This document shows positions 46,371 to 56,400 of a stretch of 64,000 nt of DNA, in pieces; position 1 is the stretch's first letter, and each line of letters begins with the position of its first letter. The notes beneath the pieces are model-generated. The model was not told the origin of the DNA, searched no databases, and saw only the letters and a list, made by a program, of their open reading frames with translations. The position numbers were made by a program, and so were the translations under genes. The stretch comes from an uncultured Clostridia bacterium (lineage in GTDB: Bacteria > Bacillota > Clostridia > Christensenellales > UBA1242), in the NCBI GenBank assembly GCA_944372465.1, contig CALVZG010000031.1, forward strand, positions 3,410 through 67,409. Direction: 5' to 3'.

Positions 46371-47289
46371 AAATTTTATTATTAGAATAAAAAATATTAC
46401 AAATTTTGTTAGAAACAACATCAACAATTTTGTTTTTACCTTCTACGAGATATTTTCTAGGGTCAAAATTTTCAGGAAAAGACATTAAATATTTTCTAAC
46501 TTGAGAGGTCATTGCAAGTCTTATGTCTGTATCTGTGTTTATTTTTATAATATTGTGGTTTTTTACAACATTTTGAAGTAACTCCTTTGGTATGCCTATA
46601 GCTTTTTTTATTTCTCCACCATAAGTATTTATTTCATCAACTAAATCATTTTCTACAGTAGATGCACCATGAAGAACAAGAGGAAAGTTTGGTAATAATT
46701 TTTCAATTTCCTCCAAAATATCAAGCCTTAAAGTTTGCTCTCTTTGATATTTATAAACTCCATGACTAGTTCCTATAGCAATAGCCAGCATATCTATATT
46801 AGTACTTTCAACAAATTTTTGGGCTAAATTGGGGTCTGTGTAGAGATGACTTGAATAAGACACATTGTCTTCAATACCTTTTATTTGTCCTAATTCTCCT
46901 TCTACATAAACATTAAATGGATGTGCATATTCACATACCTTTTTGGTTAAATTTATATTTTCATCAAATGATAGTGAACTTCCATCTATCATAACACTAT
47001 CAAATCCAAGATCAACAGCTTTTTTACAAGTTTCAAAAGATTTTCCGTGGTCTAAATGTAAAAATAGATAAGGAAATATATTTTTACTTGCTTTAGCAAG
47101 ATTGATAGTAAATTCATCTCCCATATATGATAATGCACTTTCACTTACTGAAATAATGGCAGGAGAGGAATTGTTTTTGCAAGCCTCCAAAATACCTTGT
47201 AATGATTCCATATTGCAAAAATTAAAAGCACCCAAAGCAAATTTTTCATTTAAAGCTTTGTTTATATAATATTTAAGATTTTTTTGCAT
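46369..47289 (-). CDS. fba: class II fructose/tagatose-bisphosphate aldolase
   Basis: 306 aa. AGGAG RBS. Motifs LHLDHGKS, VMIDGS, EGELG and VLHGAS of class II ketose-bisphosphate aldolases. Confidence 0.8.
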   Translation of the reverse strand: MQKNLKYYINKALNEKFALGAFNFCNMESLQGILEACKNNSSPAIISVSESALSYMGDEFTINLAKASKNIFPYLFLHLDHGKSFETCKKAVDLGFDSVMIDGSSLSFDENINLTKKVCEYAHPFNVYVEGELGQIKGIEDNVSYSSHLYTDPNLAQKFVESTNIDMLAIAIGTSHGVYKYQREQTLRLDILEEIEKLLPNFPLVLHGASTVENDLVDEINTYGGEIKKAIGIPKELLQNVVKNHNIIKINTDTDIRLAMTSQVRKYLMSFPENFDPRKYLVEGKNKIVDVVSNKICNIFYSNNKI

Positions 47290-47361
47290 AAATAACTCCT
47301 ATTAAAGTTTAACACATTTTTTATAAAATTCAAACATAATTATATTTTGAGGAGTATTAAT

Positions 47362-48021
47362 ATGAAAAAATTTTTTGTTCTTGCATTAATTTTATTATGT
47401 CCAATCATGCTTTTGGGTTGTTCTAATAATAGCGATTTAGAAGATAATATGAGTGAAATAACCAAAATTTATTATCAAGGCAATGATTTAAATAATGAAG
47501 TTGTCGCTTCAATTAGTGTTGGTCAAAGAGAGATAGACTATAGTATTGATGGAATTCATGAAGATGTTTGTGATTTTTCTTTAGTAGTTGTAAACTTCAA
47601 CAAAATATTTGATGAAGATACCATAAAAGTAATGCTTTCAATAAATGGGGAAACTATGGAATTTGAAATGTACTATAATCCTGTAAATCATTTTTACATG
47701 AATGATATAGGTTATGCATTAGGTGAAAATGATGAGATAAGTCTTTCATATCAAGATTATAATATTTTATTTAACAATGTGAGCAAAAATTTTTCAATTG
47801 ATTGGAAAGAAGCTTTAGAAATTGCAAAAAACAGTTTAGAAGAAAGATTAAACAGTTTTTATCAATCTGGTAATTTTAAAGGAGAATGTTATCTTAAAAT
47901 ATTAACTGAACAAGATGAGAATTTCGAAGATTTATTTTGGTATTTTTCAGCGGTTAGTCAAAACGGAGAAGTTTTAAATGTAGTTATTAATGTTGAAAAT
48001 GGAAATGTTTTGGTAGATTAA
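47362..48021 (+). CDS. putative lipoprotein (hypothetical)
   Basis: I prefer the ATG at 47362 after GAGGAG (MKKFFVLALILLCPIMLLGCS, lipobox LLGC). The track start at 47347 is a TTG. Confidence 0.6.
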   Translation: MKKFFVLALILLCPIMLLGCSNNSDLEDNMSEITKIYYQGNDLNNEVVASISVGQREIDYSIDGIHEDVCDFSLVVVNFNKIFDEDTIKVMLSINGETMEFEMYYNPVNHFYMNDIGYALGENDEISLSYQDYNILFNNVSKNFSIDWKEALEIAKNSLEERLNSFYQSGNFKGECYLKILTEQDENFEDLFWYFSAVSQNGEVLNVVINVENGNVLVD

Positions 48022-48091
48022 AATTCGGCTCGCTTTTAGTCTTTTTATTGTAAATTTTCTTTTGCTCGCCGGTTTAATTTTGTATAATTAA

Positions 48092-48120
48092 TTGAAAAAT
48101 GTGCAATTTTTTGATATAAT
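48092..48120 (+). promoter_or_regulatory. consensus extended -10 promoter abutting the hflX start codon
   Basis: TTGAAA, 17 nt, then TGA-TATAAT (-10 at 48115-48120). The A of the ATG (48127) lies 7 nt after the -10. The intervening AAAAAT has no SD. Confidence 0.55.
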
Positions 48121-48126
48121 AAAAAT

Positions 48127-49242
48127 ATGAAAAAATATAATGAAACAAAAATAGAAAAAGAAAATGTAATTGTAGTAACAGTTTGCACTAAAAAAAATGA
48201 AGGGGTAAAGAGAAAGTTAGATGAGATTACTCGTCTTTCTATTTCTGCGGGATTAAATATAGTTAAAGACTTTTATCAAATAATAAAAGATTTTAATAAA
48301 GCAACAGTGTTAGGAAGCGGGAAAGTAAAAGAAATAAAAGAATTTATAAATAATTGTGATGAAATTATAGATGTAGTTATTGTTGATTATCCTTTAAGTG
48401 GCTCACAAATGAAAAATTTGTCCAAAGAGTTTGGTGTCAAAGTTTTAGATAGAGTAGGGCTTATTATAGATATATTTGCAAGCAGAGCACAATCTAGAGA
48501 AGCAAAATTGCAAGTTAAACTTGCTCAAGATTTATATATTCTTCCTCGATTAACAGAGTTGCAGGGAACAAGTGGAAGATTTGGAAGTGCAGGAGTTGGA
48601 ATGCGTGGGCCGGGAGAGTCTAAACTTGAATTAAATAGGCGTATTTTAACACATGAAATGGATTTTTTGAAAAAACAAATTGAAAAGATAAAACTTCAAA
48701 GACAATCAACAAGGAAAGAAAGGTTAAAATCAGATTTACCAAAAATCGCTTTAGTAGGATATACAAATTCAGGCAAATCAAGCCTATTAAATAGTTTGGT
48801 AAAAGAGAGTATATATGCTGATGATAGATATTTTGCGACACTAGATACTACGACAAGAAAATTATATTTAGAAGACAATAAATTTGCTATAATTACTGAT
48901 ACAGTTGGGTTTATAAGTGATTTGCCGCATCAACTTATAGATGCCTTTTCTTCTACACTTGAAGAAGCCGTTGATGCAGATTTATTGTTACATGTAGTTG
49001 ATATATCACTAATGAACGAAGAAAATGGTGAAAAAGAATATCAAACTAATATGAAAGTAACTAATGAATTACTTGATAAACTTGGTGCAACTCAAAATAG
49101 AATAATTGTTTATAATAAAGCCGATCTTTTAAATAAACCAATAATGATAAAAGAAAATGAAGTTTTAGTTTCTACAAAAACTAAAAAAGGTTTAAAAATA
49201 TTAATAAATATGATAAATGATAACTTATATGGCAAGAAATAA
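48127..49242 (+). CDS. hflX: GTPase HflX
   Basis: 371 aa. HflX N-domain, then G-domain motifs GYTNSGKSSLLN (G1), DTVGF (G3) and NKAD (G4). Confidence 0.9.
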   Translation: MKKYNETKIEKENVIVVTVCTKKNEGVKRKLDEITRLSISAGLNIVKDFYQIIKDFNKATVLGSGKVKEIKEFINNCDEIIDVVIVDYPLSGSQMKNLSKEFGVKVLDRVGLIIDIFASRAQSREAKLQVKLAQDLYILPRLTELQGTSGRFGSAGVGMRGPGESKLELNRRILTHEMDFLKKQIEKIKLQRQSTRKERLKSDLPKIALVGYTNSGKSSLLNSLVKESIYADDRYFATLDTTTRKLYLEDNKFAIITDTVGFISDLPHQLIDAFSSTLEEAVDADLLLHVVDISLMNEENGEKEYQTNMKVTNELLDKLGATQNRIIVYNKADLLNKPIMIKENEVLVSTKTKKGLKILINMINDNLYGKK

Positions 49243-49313
49243 TAAAAGATAGTTTTAATTAAATTATAAAGTTAAATTTTGATTATTATTTAAAATAAGG
49301 GTCAAACTAATAA

Positions 49314-49341
49314 AAAAATTTATCTTAATAGATAAATTTTT
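49314..49341. terminator. bidirectional terminator
   Basis: 11-bp stem AAAAATTTATC / GATAAATTTTT with 6-nt loop. Lies between convergent hflX and the DUF1858 gene. Confidence 0.55.
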
Positions 49342-49364
49342 TTTATATAAAATTAAATTTAAGA

Positions 49365-49595
49365 TTATTCTTTATATTTATGATTTTGATTATAAACTTC
49401 ATTTAACTTATCAACTAGAAAATCCACATCAACTTCATGTACTTCAGCCGCTTCTTCAATAGTTTCTTCAAGACCTAAATGACAAAATATACAATGCATG
49501 CCAAATCCCATAAAAACATCACCTAAATTTTCATCTAATTTTAATACATCATCAATTATCATATCTTTTGTTATAATATTCTTTGCTTTTTTCAT
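49365..49595 (-). CDS. DUF1858-domain protein (hybrid-cluster-protein-associated redox disulfide domain-like)
   Basis: I prefer the ATG at 49595 (MKKAKNIITKDMIIDDVL...), giving 76 aa. The pattern ITKDM.I..VL......VF..FGMHC..C......T.EEAA..H..D matches this family. Confidence 0.6.
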   Translation of the reverse strand: MKKAKNIITKDMIIDDVLKLDENLGDVFMGFGMHCIFCHLGLEETIEEAAEVHEVDVDFLVDKLNEVYNQNHKYKE

Positions 49596-49746
49596 ACAAA
49601 ATATTTTAGCACAAAAAATATATAATGTCAAATTAAAAATATAAAAAATAAAAATAAAAAATATATAAAAAATATCAAAAAATGTAATTTTTTTGTTTTT
49701 TTTGACAATTATTCATAAATAGATTAATTCTAGTGTATGTTATAGC

Positions 49747-50478
49747 ATGGAAAAATTAAGTAGTTTGATTTCAAAAAAAATTATATCATTACAAGAAGGA
49801 GAATTAGTAGGGTATTGTATTAATGCTCTATTTAATGAAGATTTAAAATCTTTAGAAGGTTTAATAATTGTAGATGAAGAAAGTGAAGAGATGTTCTTGT
49901 TAAAATATAAGGATATAAAGAGCAAAAGTGATGAATGTATCATGATAGATAGTTCAAAAGTTTTAGACATTTTCATAGAAGAAGATACCTATAATCCTAT
50001 AGGAAAAGTTGTTTATGATACAAATGGCGTAAATCTTGGTAAAGTTAAAGATATTCTTCTGCAGGGGAAGATAGTTCGAAGAGTAATGACAGATAAATGT
50101 GAGTTTTTTTGGAAAAATATAAAAAAAACAGGGAAAAATTATGTGATTTATGGAACAAAAGAAAAAAAATCATCTAACAAATCTTTTAAAGAAAATATAA
50201 AATTAAATAAAAATAATATGCAGAAAGTGTCAATTAGTCAATTGCAAAATAAAAATATAATTCAAATAAATAATCAAAATTTAAAAGATAAAAAAATTAA
50301 CAAACCTTACAGAATTTTGGCTAATCAAAATAGTATTTTAGGTAGAACAATGCAAGAAGATTTATATGGATATAATCATGAAATAATTGCAAGAAAATAT
50401 GACATAATAAACCAAAATATAATTAATAGGGCTAAAAATCACAATAAATTAAATTTTTTAATTTACTATAGCAAATAA
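49747..50478 (+). CDS. PRC-barrel-like (YlmC/YmxH-related) protein with low-complexity linker
   Basis: 243 aa. There are two segments of PRC-barrel character (ISLQEGELVGYCINALFNEDLKSLEGLIIVDEE and IGKVVYDTNGVNLGKVKDILLQGKIV). Tentative. Confidence 0.45.
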   Translation: MEKLSSLISKKIISLQEGELVGYCINALFNEDLKSLEGLIIVDEESEEMFLLKYKDIKSKSDECIMIDSSKVLDIFIEEDTYNPIGKVVYDTNGVNLGKVKDILLQGKIVRRVMTDKCEFFWKNIKKTGKNYVIYGTKEKKSSNKSFKENIKLNKNNMQKVSISQLQNKNIIQINNQNLKDKKINKPYRILANQNSILGRTMQEDLYGYNHEIIARKYDIINQNIINRAKNHNKLNFLIYYSK

Positions 50479-50717
50479 TTATATATATTAAATTTGAAAA
50501 ATTATAATGATTAATTAAATTTATAAAAATAACCATTTTGTGTTATTTTTTATTATTATAAATATGAAAAATATTTTAAATTTAAAAATTATAAAAATTA
50601 TTAAAATTTAACATAAATATTATATATATTTATGAAAATATAAAAAATATGTAAAATCTCGTTTAATCGTTTGTATTTTTGCTATAAATTGTAGTAAAAT
50701 AAATTAGCGAGGTTGAT

Positions 50718-53378
50718 ATGATAAGAATTGTGCCTAGAAGAACAAAGGTAAAACTAGAATTTATAAGAGGATTTACAGGTTTAGATTTGTTACTTGCTGT
50801 GCTTGCAGCTGTAGTTTTGATTGTACTTGCAGCTTCAAATTTTGAAGGCCATATATGGATAGCAATGGTATGGGCAATTATAAGCATATCAATGTTTTTT
50901 AAAATAGCTGATAGTGATAGGTTCTATGTAACAATATCACATTTAGTAAGATTTTCCATGCAAAAGAAAAAATATGAAAAAGCACCAAAGAAAGGTAAAC
51001 CAAACATAAAAAACATAATACCATTTGAATCTATATATCAAGATAGATGTATATCTTATGGGAATTATTATGCCGAAGTATTAGAAGTAAAGCCAATTTT
51101 ATTTGACTTATTAAATGAATATAATCAAAATAATGTTATAGATATAGGTTTTGGTAATGCGTTAAGAAGATTAGATGAAAATCAAGTTTGTGAAATAGTC
51201 AAAATAAACAAAGCGATGGTGCTTGATAATTATGCTTATAATGAAAATAAAAAATATGATAGACTTTTAGACCAATTATATGAGAACCAAATGTCGCAAG
51301 GCGAAGTAGATGCAAGAGCACCAATTTTTGAAGAGAGAATTGCATTTATAGAGGATAGAAATAGAACAAATAAAATTTATAAGGATTATTTTTATTTAGT
51401 AATATTAGGTAAAGATTTAGAAGCACTTGAAAATACAGTTAGCGGAATGGCATCATCACTGGCAACGGCACTCATACCTGTAACTACAAGGCGTCTTATA
51501 GGAAGCGAACTCGCAATTTTTTTAAGAGCGAATTACAATAGAGAATTCAATGAAAGAGAATTAGAGAGCGTGCCTTTTTCAGAATTTATTAACTGGGCAA
51601 CACCAGATAAAATTAAGTTTTCATCTGCAAAATATAATATAGATGGAAATAATTATAGAACATATGCCATAACAGAATATCCTCTACAAGTTGGGAATGC
51701 TTGGGGTGCATCATTTTTCTTATTGGATAGGACTAAAGTTGTAATGAAATTTAAAAAAGCACCAAAGTTTGATTCAGAAAAAAAGATTGATAAAGCCATC
51801 ATGGATATGGAAACTAAATTATATAAAACAGGGAAAAGTAGTACAAGAATAGAAATATCAACCCATCTTCAAACTTTAAGGAACCTGCTTGCAGAATTAA
51901 AAAATAATAATCAACAACTTTATGATATAAATACATTTATAACTTGTGAAGATTCAGCAAGAAAAGATGTAAAGGCAATATTGAAACAAGAGGGCTATCG
52001 TTATACCGAACTTTTTGCTAGACAAATTGATGCTTTTATAAGTACAGGTATATCAATGAGAGATAATATAAAAGAATTGCAAAGAGGAATTCCAACATAT
52101 ACATTAGCAGGAGTATTCCCATTTATTTCTTCAGAACTTCAAGATGAAAATGGCTTTTATATTGGAGATAATGAATATCCTGTTTTTATAGATTTCTTTA
52201 AGCGTGATGCTCAAAGAGTTAACTCAAATATGATGATAATAGGTAAATCTGGTTCAGGAAAATCATTTGCTACAAAAACACTACTTGCAAATTTTGCAGC
52301 AGATAACACTAAAATATTCATTTGCGACCCAGAAAAAGAGTATTCAAAATTAACTGACAGTCTAAAAGGGAAACTAATAGATGTAGGTTCATCTCTACAA
52401 GGAATAATAAATCCATTCCATGTAATAAGAGCTTTAGATAAAGATGATGACGAAAAAGAAGAGGATAACGATAAAATAAAAAAAGATGATTCTTTTAATC
52501 AACATTTGCAGTTTTTGGAGCAATTTTTTAGAACAATATTAGAGGGGATTTCTTCAGATGCTTTTGAAATAATAAACTCATTAGTACTTGATTTATATTC
52601 TAAATTTAATATAGATGAAAATACCGATTTAAAAGATTTGAAACCAAAAGATTATCCTACTTTTGACGATTTATATGCATTATTACAAGAGAGGTTAAAG
52701 ACGGCAAAAGAGGAATTTATATTGAATAACCTTCGTGTTGCAGAAGCATATATTAGAAAGTTTGCAAAAGGTGGGCGAAATTCTAACTTGTGGAATGGTC
52801 CAACATCAATTGAAACAAATGAAAACTTTGTATGCTTTAACTTTCAATCTTTGATTGCAGGAAATAACGATATGTTAACAAATGCTCAAATGCTATTAGT
52901 TTTTAAATATATAGAAAATGAAATTATAAATAATAAAGATTATAATAAACTTCACAATACGAATCGAAAAATTATAGTAGTTGTAGATGAAGCACATACT
53001 TTCATAAACCCAAAATATCCAATAGCATTAAACTTCATGACAGCGATGGCAAAAAGAATTCGTAAGTATGGCGGAATGCAAATTGTAATCACTCAAAACA
53101 TAAATGACTTTGTTGGTTCAGAAGAAATAAAAAGACAGTCAACAGCAGTTATTAATGCATGTCAGTATTCACTTATTTTCTCTCTTTCTCCAAATGATGT
53201 TAATGACCTTATTGAATTATATAAAAACTCTGGAGGAATCAATAAGACAGAAAGAAACCGTATAGTTTCTGCTCAAGTAGGACAAGCGTTTGTAATAACT
53301 GCTCCTACAGCAAGAACAATGGTCCAAATTCGTCCTCTTGATTATGTAGTTTCAATATTTAAGGAGAAAAACGAATAA
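50718..53378 (+). CDS. VirB4/TrsE/PrgJ/ConE-type (type IV secretion) ATPase with fused N-terminal two-TM anchor
   Basis: 886 aa. GAGG RBS. N-terminus RRTKVKLEFIRGFTGLDLLLAVLAAVVLIVLAAS...IWIAMVWAIISISMFF forms 2 TM helices, resembling the small PrgI/Orf17-like partner proteins. Segment YYAEVLEVKPILFDLLNE. Walker A IIGKSGSGKS (52242-52265) and DPEKEY. Walker B IIVVVDEAH (the DE codons at 52986-52991). IVITQNINDF sensor. Confidence 0.8.
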   Translation: MIRIVPRRTKVKLEFIRGFTGLDLLLAVLAAVVLIVLAASNFEGHIWIAMVWAIISISMFFKIADSDRFYVTISHLVRFSMQKKKYEKAPKKGKPNIKNIIPFESIYQDRCISYGNYYAEVLEVKPILFDLLNEYNQNNVIDIGFGNALRRLDENQVCEIVKINKAMVLDNYAYNENKKYDRLLDQLYENQMSQGEVDARAPIFEERIAFIEDRNRTNKIYKDYFYLVILGKDLEALENTVSGMASSLATALIPVTTRRLIGSELAIFLRANYNREFNERELESVPFSEFINWATPDKIKFSSAKYNIDGNNYRTYAITEYPLQVGNAWGASFFLLDRTKVVMKFKKAPKFDSEKKIDKAIMDMETKLYKTGKSSTRIEISTHLQTLRNLLAELKNNNQQLYDINTFITCEDSARKDVKAILKQEGYRYTELFARQIDAFISTGISMRDNIKELQRGIPTYTLAGVFPFISSELQDENGFYIGDNEYPVFIDFFKRDAQRVNSNMMIIGKSGSGKSFATKTLLANFAADNTKIFICDPEKEYSKLTDSLKGKLIDVGSSLQGIINPFHVIRALDKDDDEKEEDNDKIKKDDSFNQHLQFLEQFFRTILEGISSDAFEIINSLVLDLYSKFNIDENTDLKDLKPKDYPTFDDLYALLQERLKTAKEEFILNNLRVAEAYIRKFAKGGRNSNLWNGPTSIETNENFVCFNFQSLIAGNNDMLTNAQMLLVFKYIENEIINNKDYNKLHNTNRKIIVVVDEAHTFINPKYPIALNFMTAMAKRIRKYGGMQIVITQNINDFVGSEEIKRQSTAVINACQYSLIFSLSPNDVNDLIELYKNSGGINKTERNRIVSAQVGQAFVITAPTARTMVQIRPLDYVVSIFKEKNE

Positions 53379-53392
53379 TTTATGTAATAAAA

Positions 53393-53424
53393 ACAAATGA
53401 GTTAAATCGCTTTATCTCATTTGT
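53393..53424 (+). other. intercistronic hairpin between the ATPase and the giant gene
   Basis: Perfect 9-bp stem ACAAATGAG / CTCATTTGT with 14-nt loop, followed by CTTTAAT. The U-tract is weak, so this is at best a partial terminator or a processing/stability element. Confidence 0.4.
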
Positions 53425-53463
53425 CTTTAATAAAAAAGACATAAATAAGAAAAGGAAGGTTGT

Positions 53464-56400
53464 ATGACAAATTCTAAAAAATTAAGTATGTTTATATTTA
53501 GTTTGCTACTTGTCGTTGCAGGCTTTCTTTTTGCTTCTTGTGGAGCGAAAAATTATTCAAATGTAACATTGACAGCATCACAAGAAGAAATAATACTTTT
53601 TGCAAATGAAGAAAATGCACAAAATGTAACTTTTACCATTAACAATCCAGTTAGTGGAATGGCAAGTTCTTTAAGTTATAGTTTATCTAATCCAAGTATT
53701 TGCACTATTACAGTATTAAGCACACAGAATTATTCTACAACTTATGCCATTACAGGTATTAAAGGTGGTTTTTCGGAGTTTACAGTTAAAACAAATGAGG
53801 GGAATATTTCTCATACTATAAAAATACAAGTAAAACAATATTCTTCTGATTTGACTGCAAATAGTAATTCATTATATTTATCTCTTTCAAATCAATTATA
53901 TCCAACATCAGCAGATTTTAATTTTTCTAACAATGCGACAGAGCGTGAACTTAAATACTATTTCTATGGAGAGATAAATAATAGTGCAGAAGCATCTTTA
54001 GATGATTTAATACAAGATGGAGAATATTCAAATTCTTTTGTCAGTGCAAGTCTTATTGAAGTCGATAATAATAAATATATAATATTTGTAAATGAGCAAG
54101 GTCTTTATTATACTTTAGGGCAAGCAATAGAAGATAATAGAACTCAAAATACTATATATAATTTTTTGTCAGTCGAATATGATAACGGGCAATATTTATT
54201 CAATACAAATATTGCAACAGAAGTGCAAGCAGGTGATAAATTAACTTTTTATGCAGTTAACGAAATAGAAACGGATGAAATTTTGTCCTGTCAAAGAGAT
54301 TTTTATATTCTTGTAGACATAAATTATGAGAGTATTAGTTATGATTATGGTTATAAAATAGATGAATATGAATATACAATTGGTTCAGATAGATTATATA
54401 AAATCGAGGGAGCAAGCGAGAAAGAAATAACATTAATTCCTAGTTATAAAAGTGTCATATCAAATGGAATTTATATAGGTAATACAGTCGATTATAAAAC
54501 AATATATTTAGCTATCACTATTGAGGGCGGGAATGATTTAATACAAATCAAATCTTCTGTAGATAATTTAAATGTGATAAATGTTAAAAAATTAGGACAA
54601 CTTTCTGAAAATGAATTCACGACCTATTACTTCCAAATAGATTGTGCTTCAGGAGTAGGAAATATTACAAATTTTAATGTGAACTTATACTATGCAGGTT
54701 TTGAAAATAGTGAAGATAGTAATGTAAATTTTGTATATTCTTTACCTGTAAGAATAAGAGTTATACCTACCAATCTATTAGTTAATAATGTTGATTTAAC
54801 AACAACAGAACATACATATACTTTTTATAATAGTTATGCAGGTCAATCATTTGGTTGGCAAGAGTTTATGTTTACAGTTAATCCTGCAGATGCTGAATAT
54901 GAAAGTTTATCAATTAATTTGACTGGAAGTAGTTTACAATTAAGGTATAACAATACAATTTATTCTAATCAAATAGTAGAGATAAAAGACTTAAGTATTC
55001 CTATTTATTTAAAAGGCATAGAAAATTCAGCAATAACGACTGAAGACCAATTAGTTTCAATAACTTTATATTTCAATGTAATACAAAACGACTCTTTACA
55101 ATTAGAATTAAAATATAAAATCGCACAAGGTGCAACCTTAATAGATTATAAAACAGAAGCATTTAAAGAGAGAATTTATCTTGATTACAATAATACAGAT
55201 TTTGTAGAGTTTTTAGATATCTATGCTAATGCACAGTTTGAAGATATAAAAGTTAATAATATTTCAGGGAGTGATGTTGCAAGATTTGCAATTGATTCAA
55301 GTAATTTGTATGAGCAAGAAGGAAACAACTATATTTTAAATTTAAAAATCAAGGCAATGACTGCTGGAACAGGGACATATTCTATAGTATTAGATAACGG
55401 AATGCAAACATCTCTTACCATAACAGTGCAAGAAACTTTAAATGATGTAGAAATAATTACGCAAAATCAACAAAATTCTATAAAGTATAATGAGAATATA
55501 AAGGAAGAAAATAGAAATTCGACATTATTTTATGTATATAATGATGAAAATAATGATACATTTTTTGATGTTGAAATTCAAGCTAATAATAATGAAAATT
55601 CACAAGCAATCACAAACATACAATTTAATATAAATTCACAAATAATTCAATTAAGAAATGCAACAAATAACAATAAAAATTTTGATATCTATACAATAAG
55701 CAATGGCTCAAGTGAAGTTGAGTTAGTGATAAACGGCTATAGTATAACAAACTTTGTTTTAGAAAATAAAACATTATATTATTATTTAGATGTAGTTGCT
55801 TTTAGTTACATAGAAAATTTGAATGTTTATAAAGAAAAAGATGGAAGAGGTAATTATTTAGATGCAAGCAATGTAAATGAAAATATAAGAAATTATGGGG
55901 TAAATGCGGCTTATGCATATGTTTATTCAGGGACAACACAATCAAATGCAAGAGAAGTAAAATTTAATATAACAGTAAATAATAAAAATGCATATCTATT
56001 TGCTTCACCAGAATTATTAAATTATGAAACGAGAATAACATACATAAAAAATTCATTTGACCCAAGTTATGTATATTGGGAAACAGACTCCGATCAAGGT
56101 ATTCAATTAAATGGTGAATATGTAAATATAATGTACAAATCAAACAATTACAATAATATCTATACTATTGTTGGGTTGGGGACATTTGATACAGAAACTA
56201 TGACATTTACGGCATTTTCTGACTTACAAAATGAAAGAAGTTTTAAATTAATAGCCCATGTTAGACAATACGGAAGAGTTTATTCTTATACAATAAATGT
56301 AAGGATTTCAATTTATGAAGAAGTTAATCGCATAACTTTACAAGAATCATTAACAGAAATAGAGTTTACATCAACAAATAGGCAAGAAACATTGATTGCT

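Noticed and set aside
50479-53463. Calling the ATPase region a mobile element outright
   Set aside because: No integrase, transposase, relaxase, terminal inverted repeats, flanking direct repeats or adjacent tRNA target is visible. There is no compositional shift relative to core genes. It is kept as a hypothesis in the findings rather than a feature.
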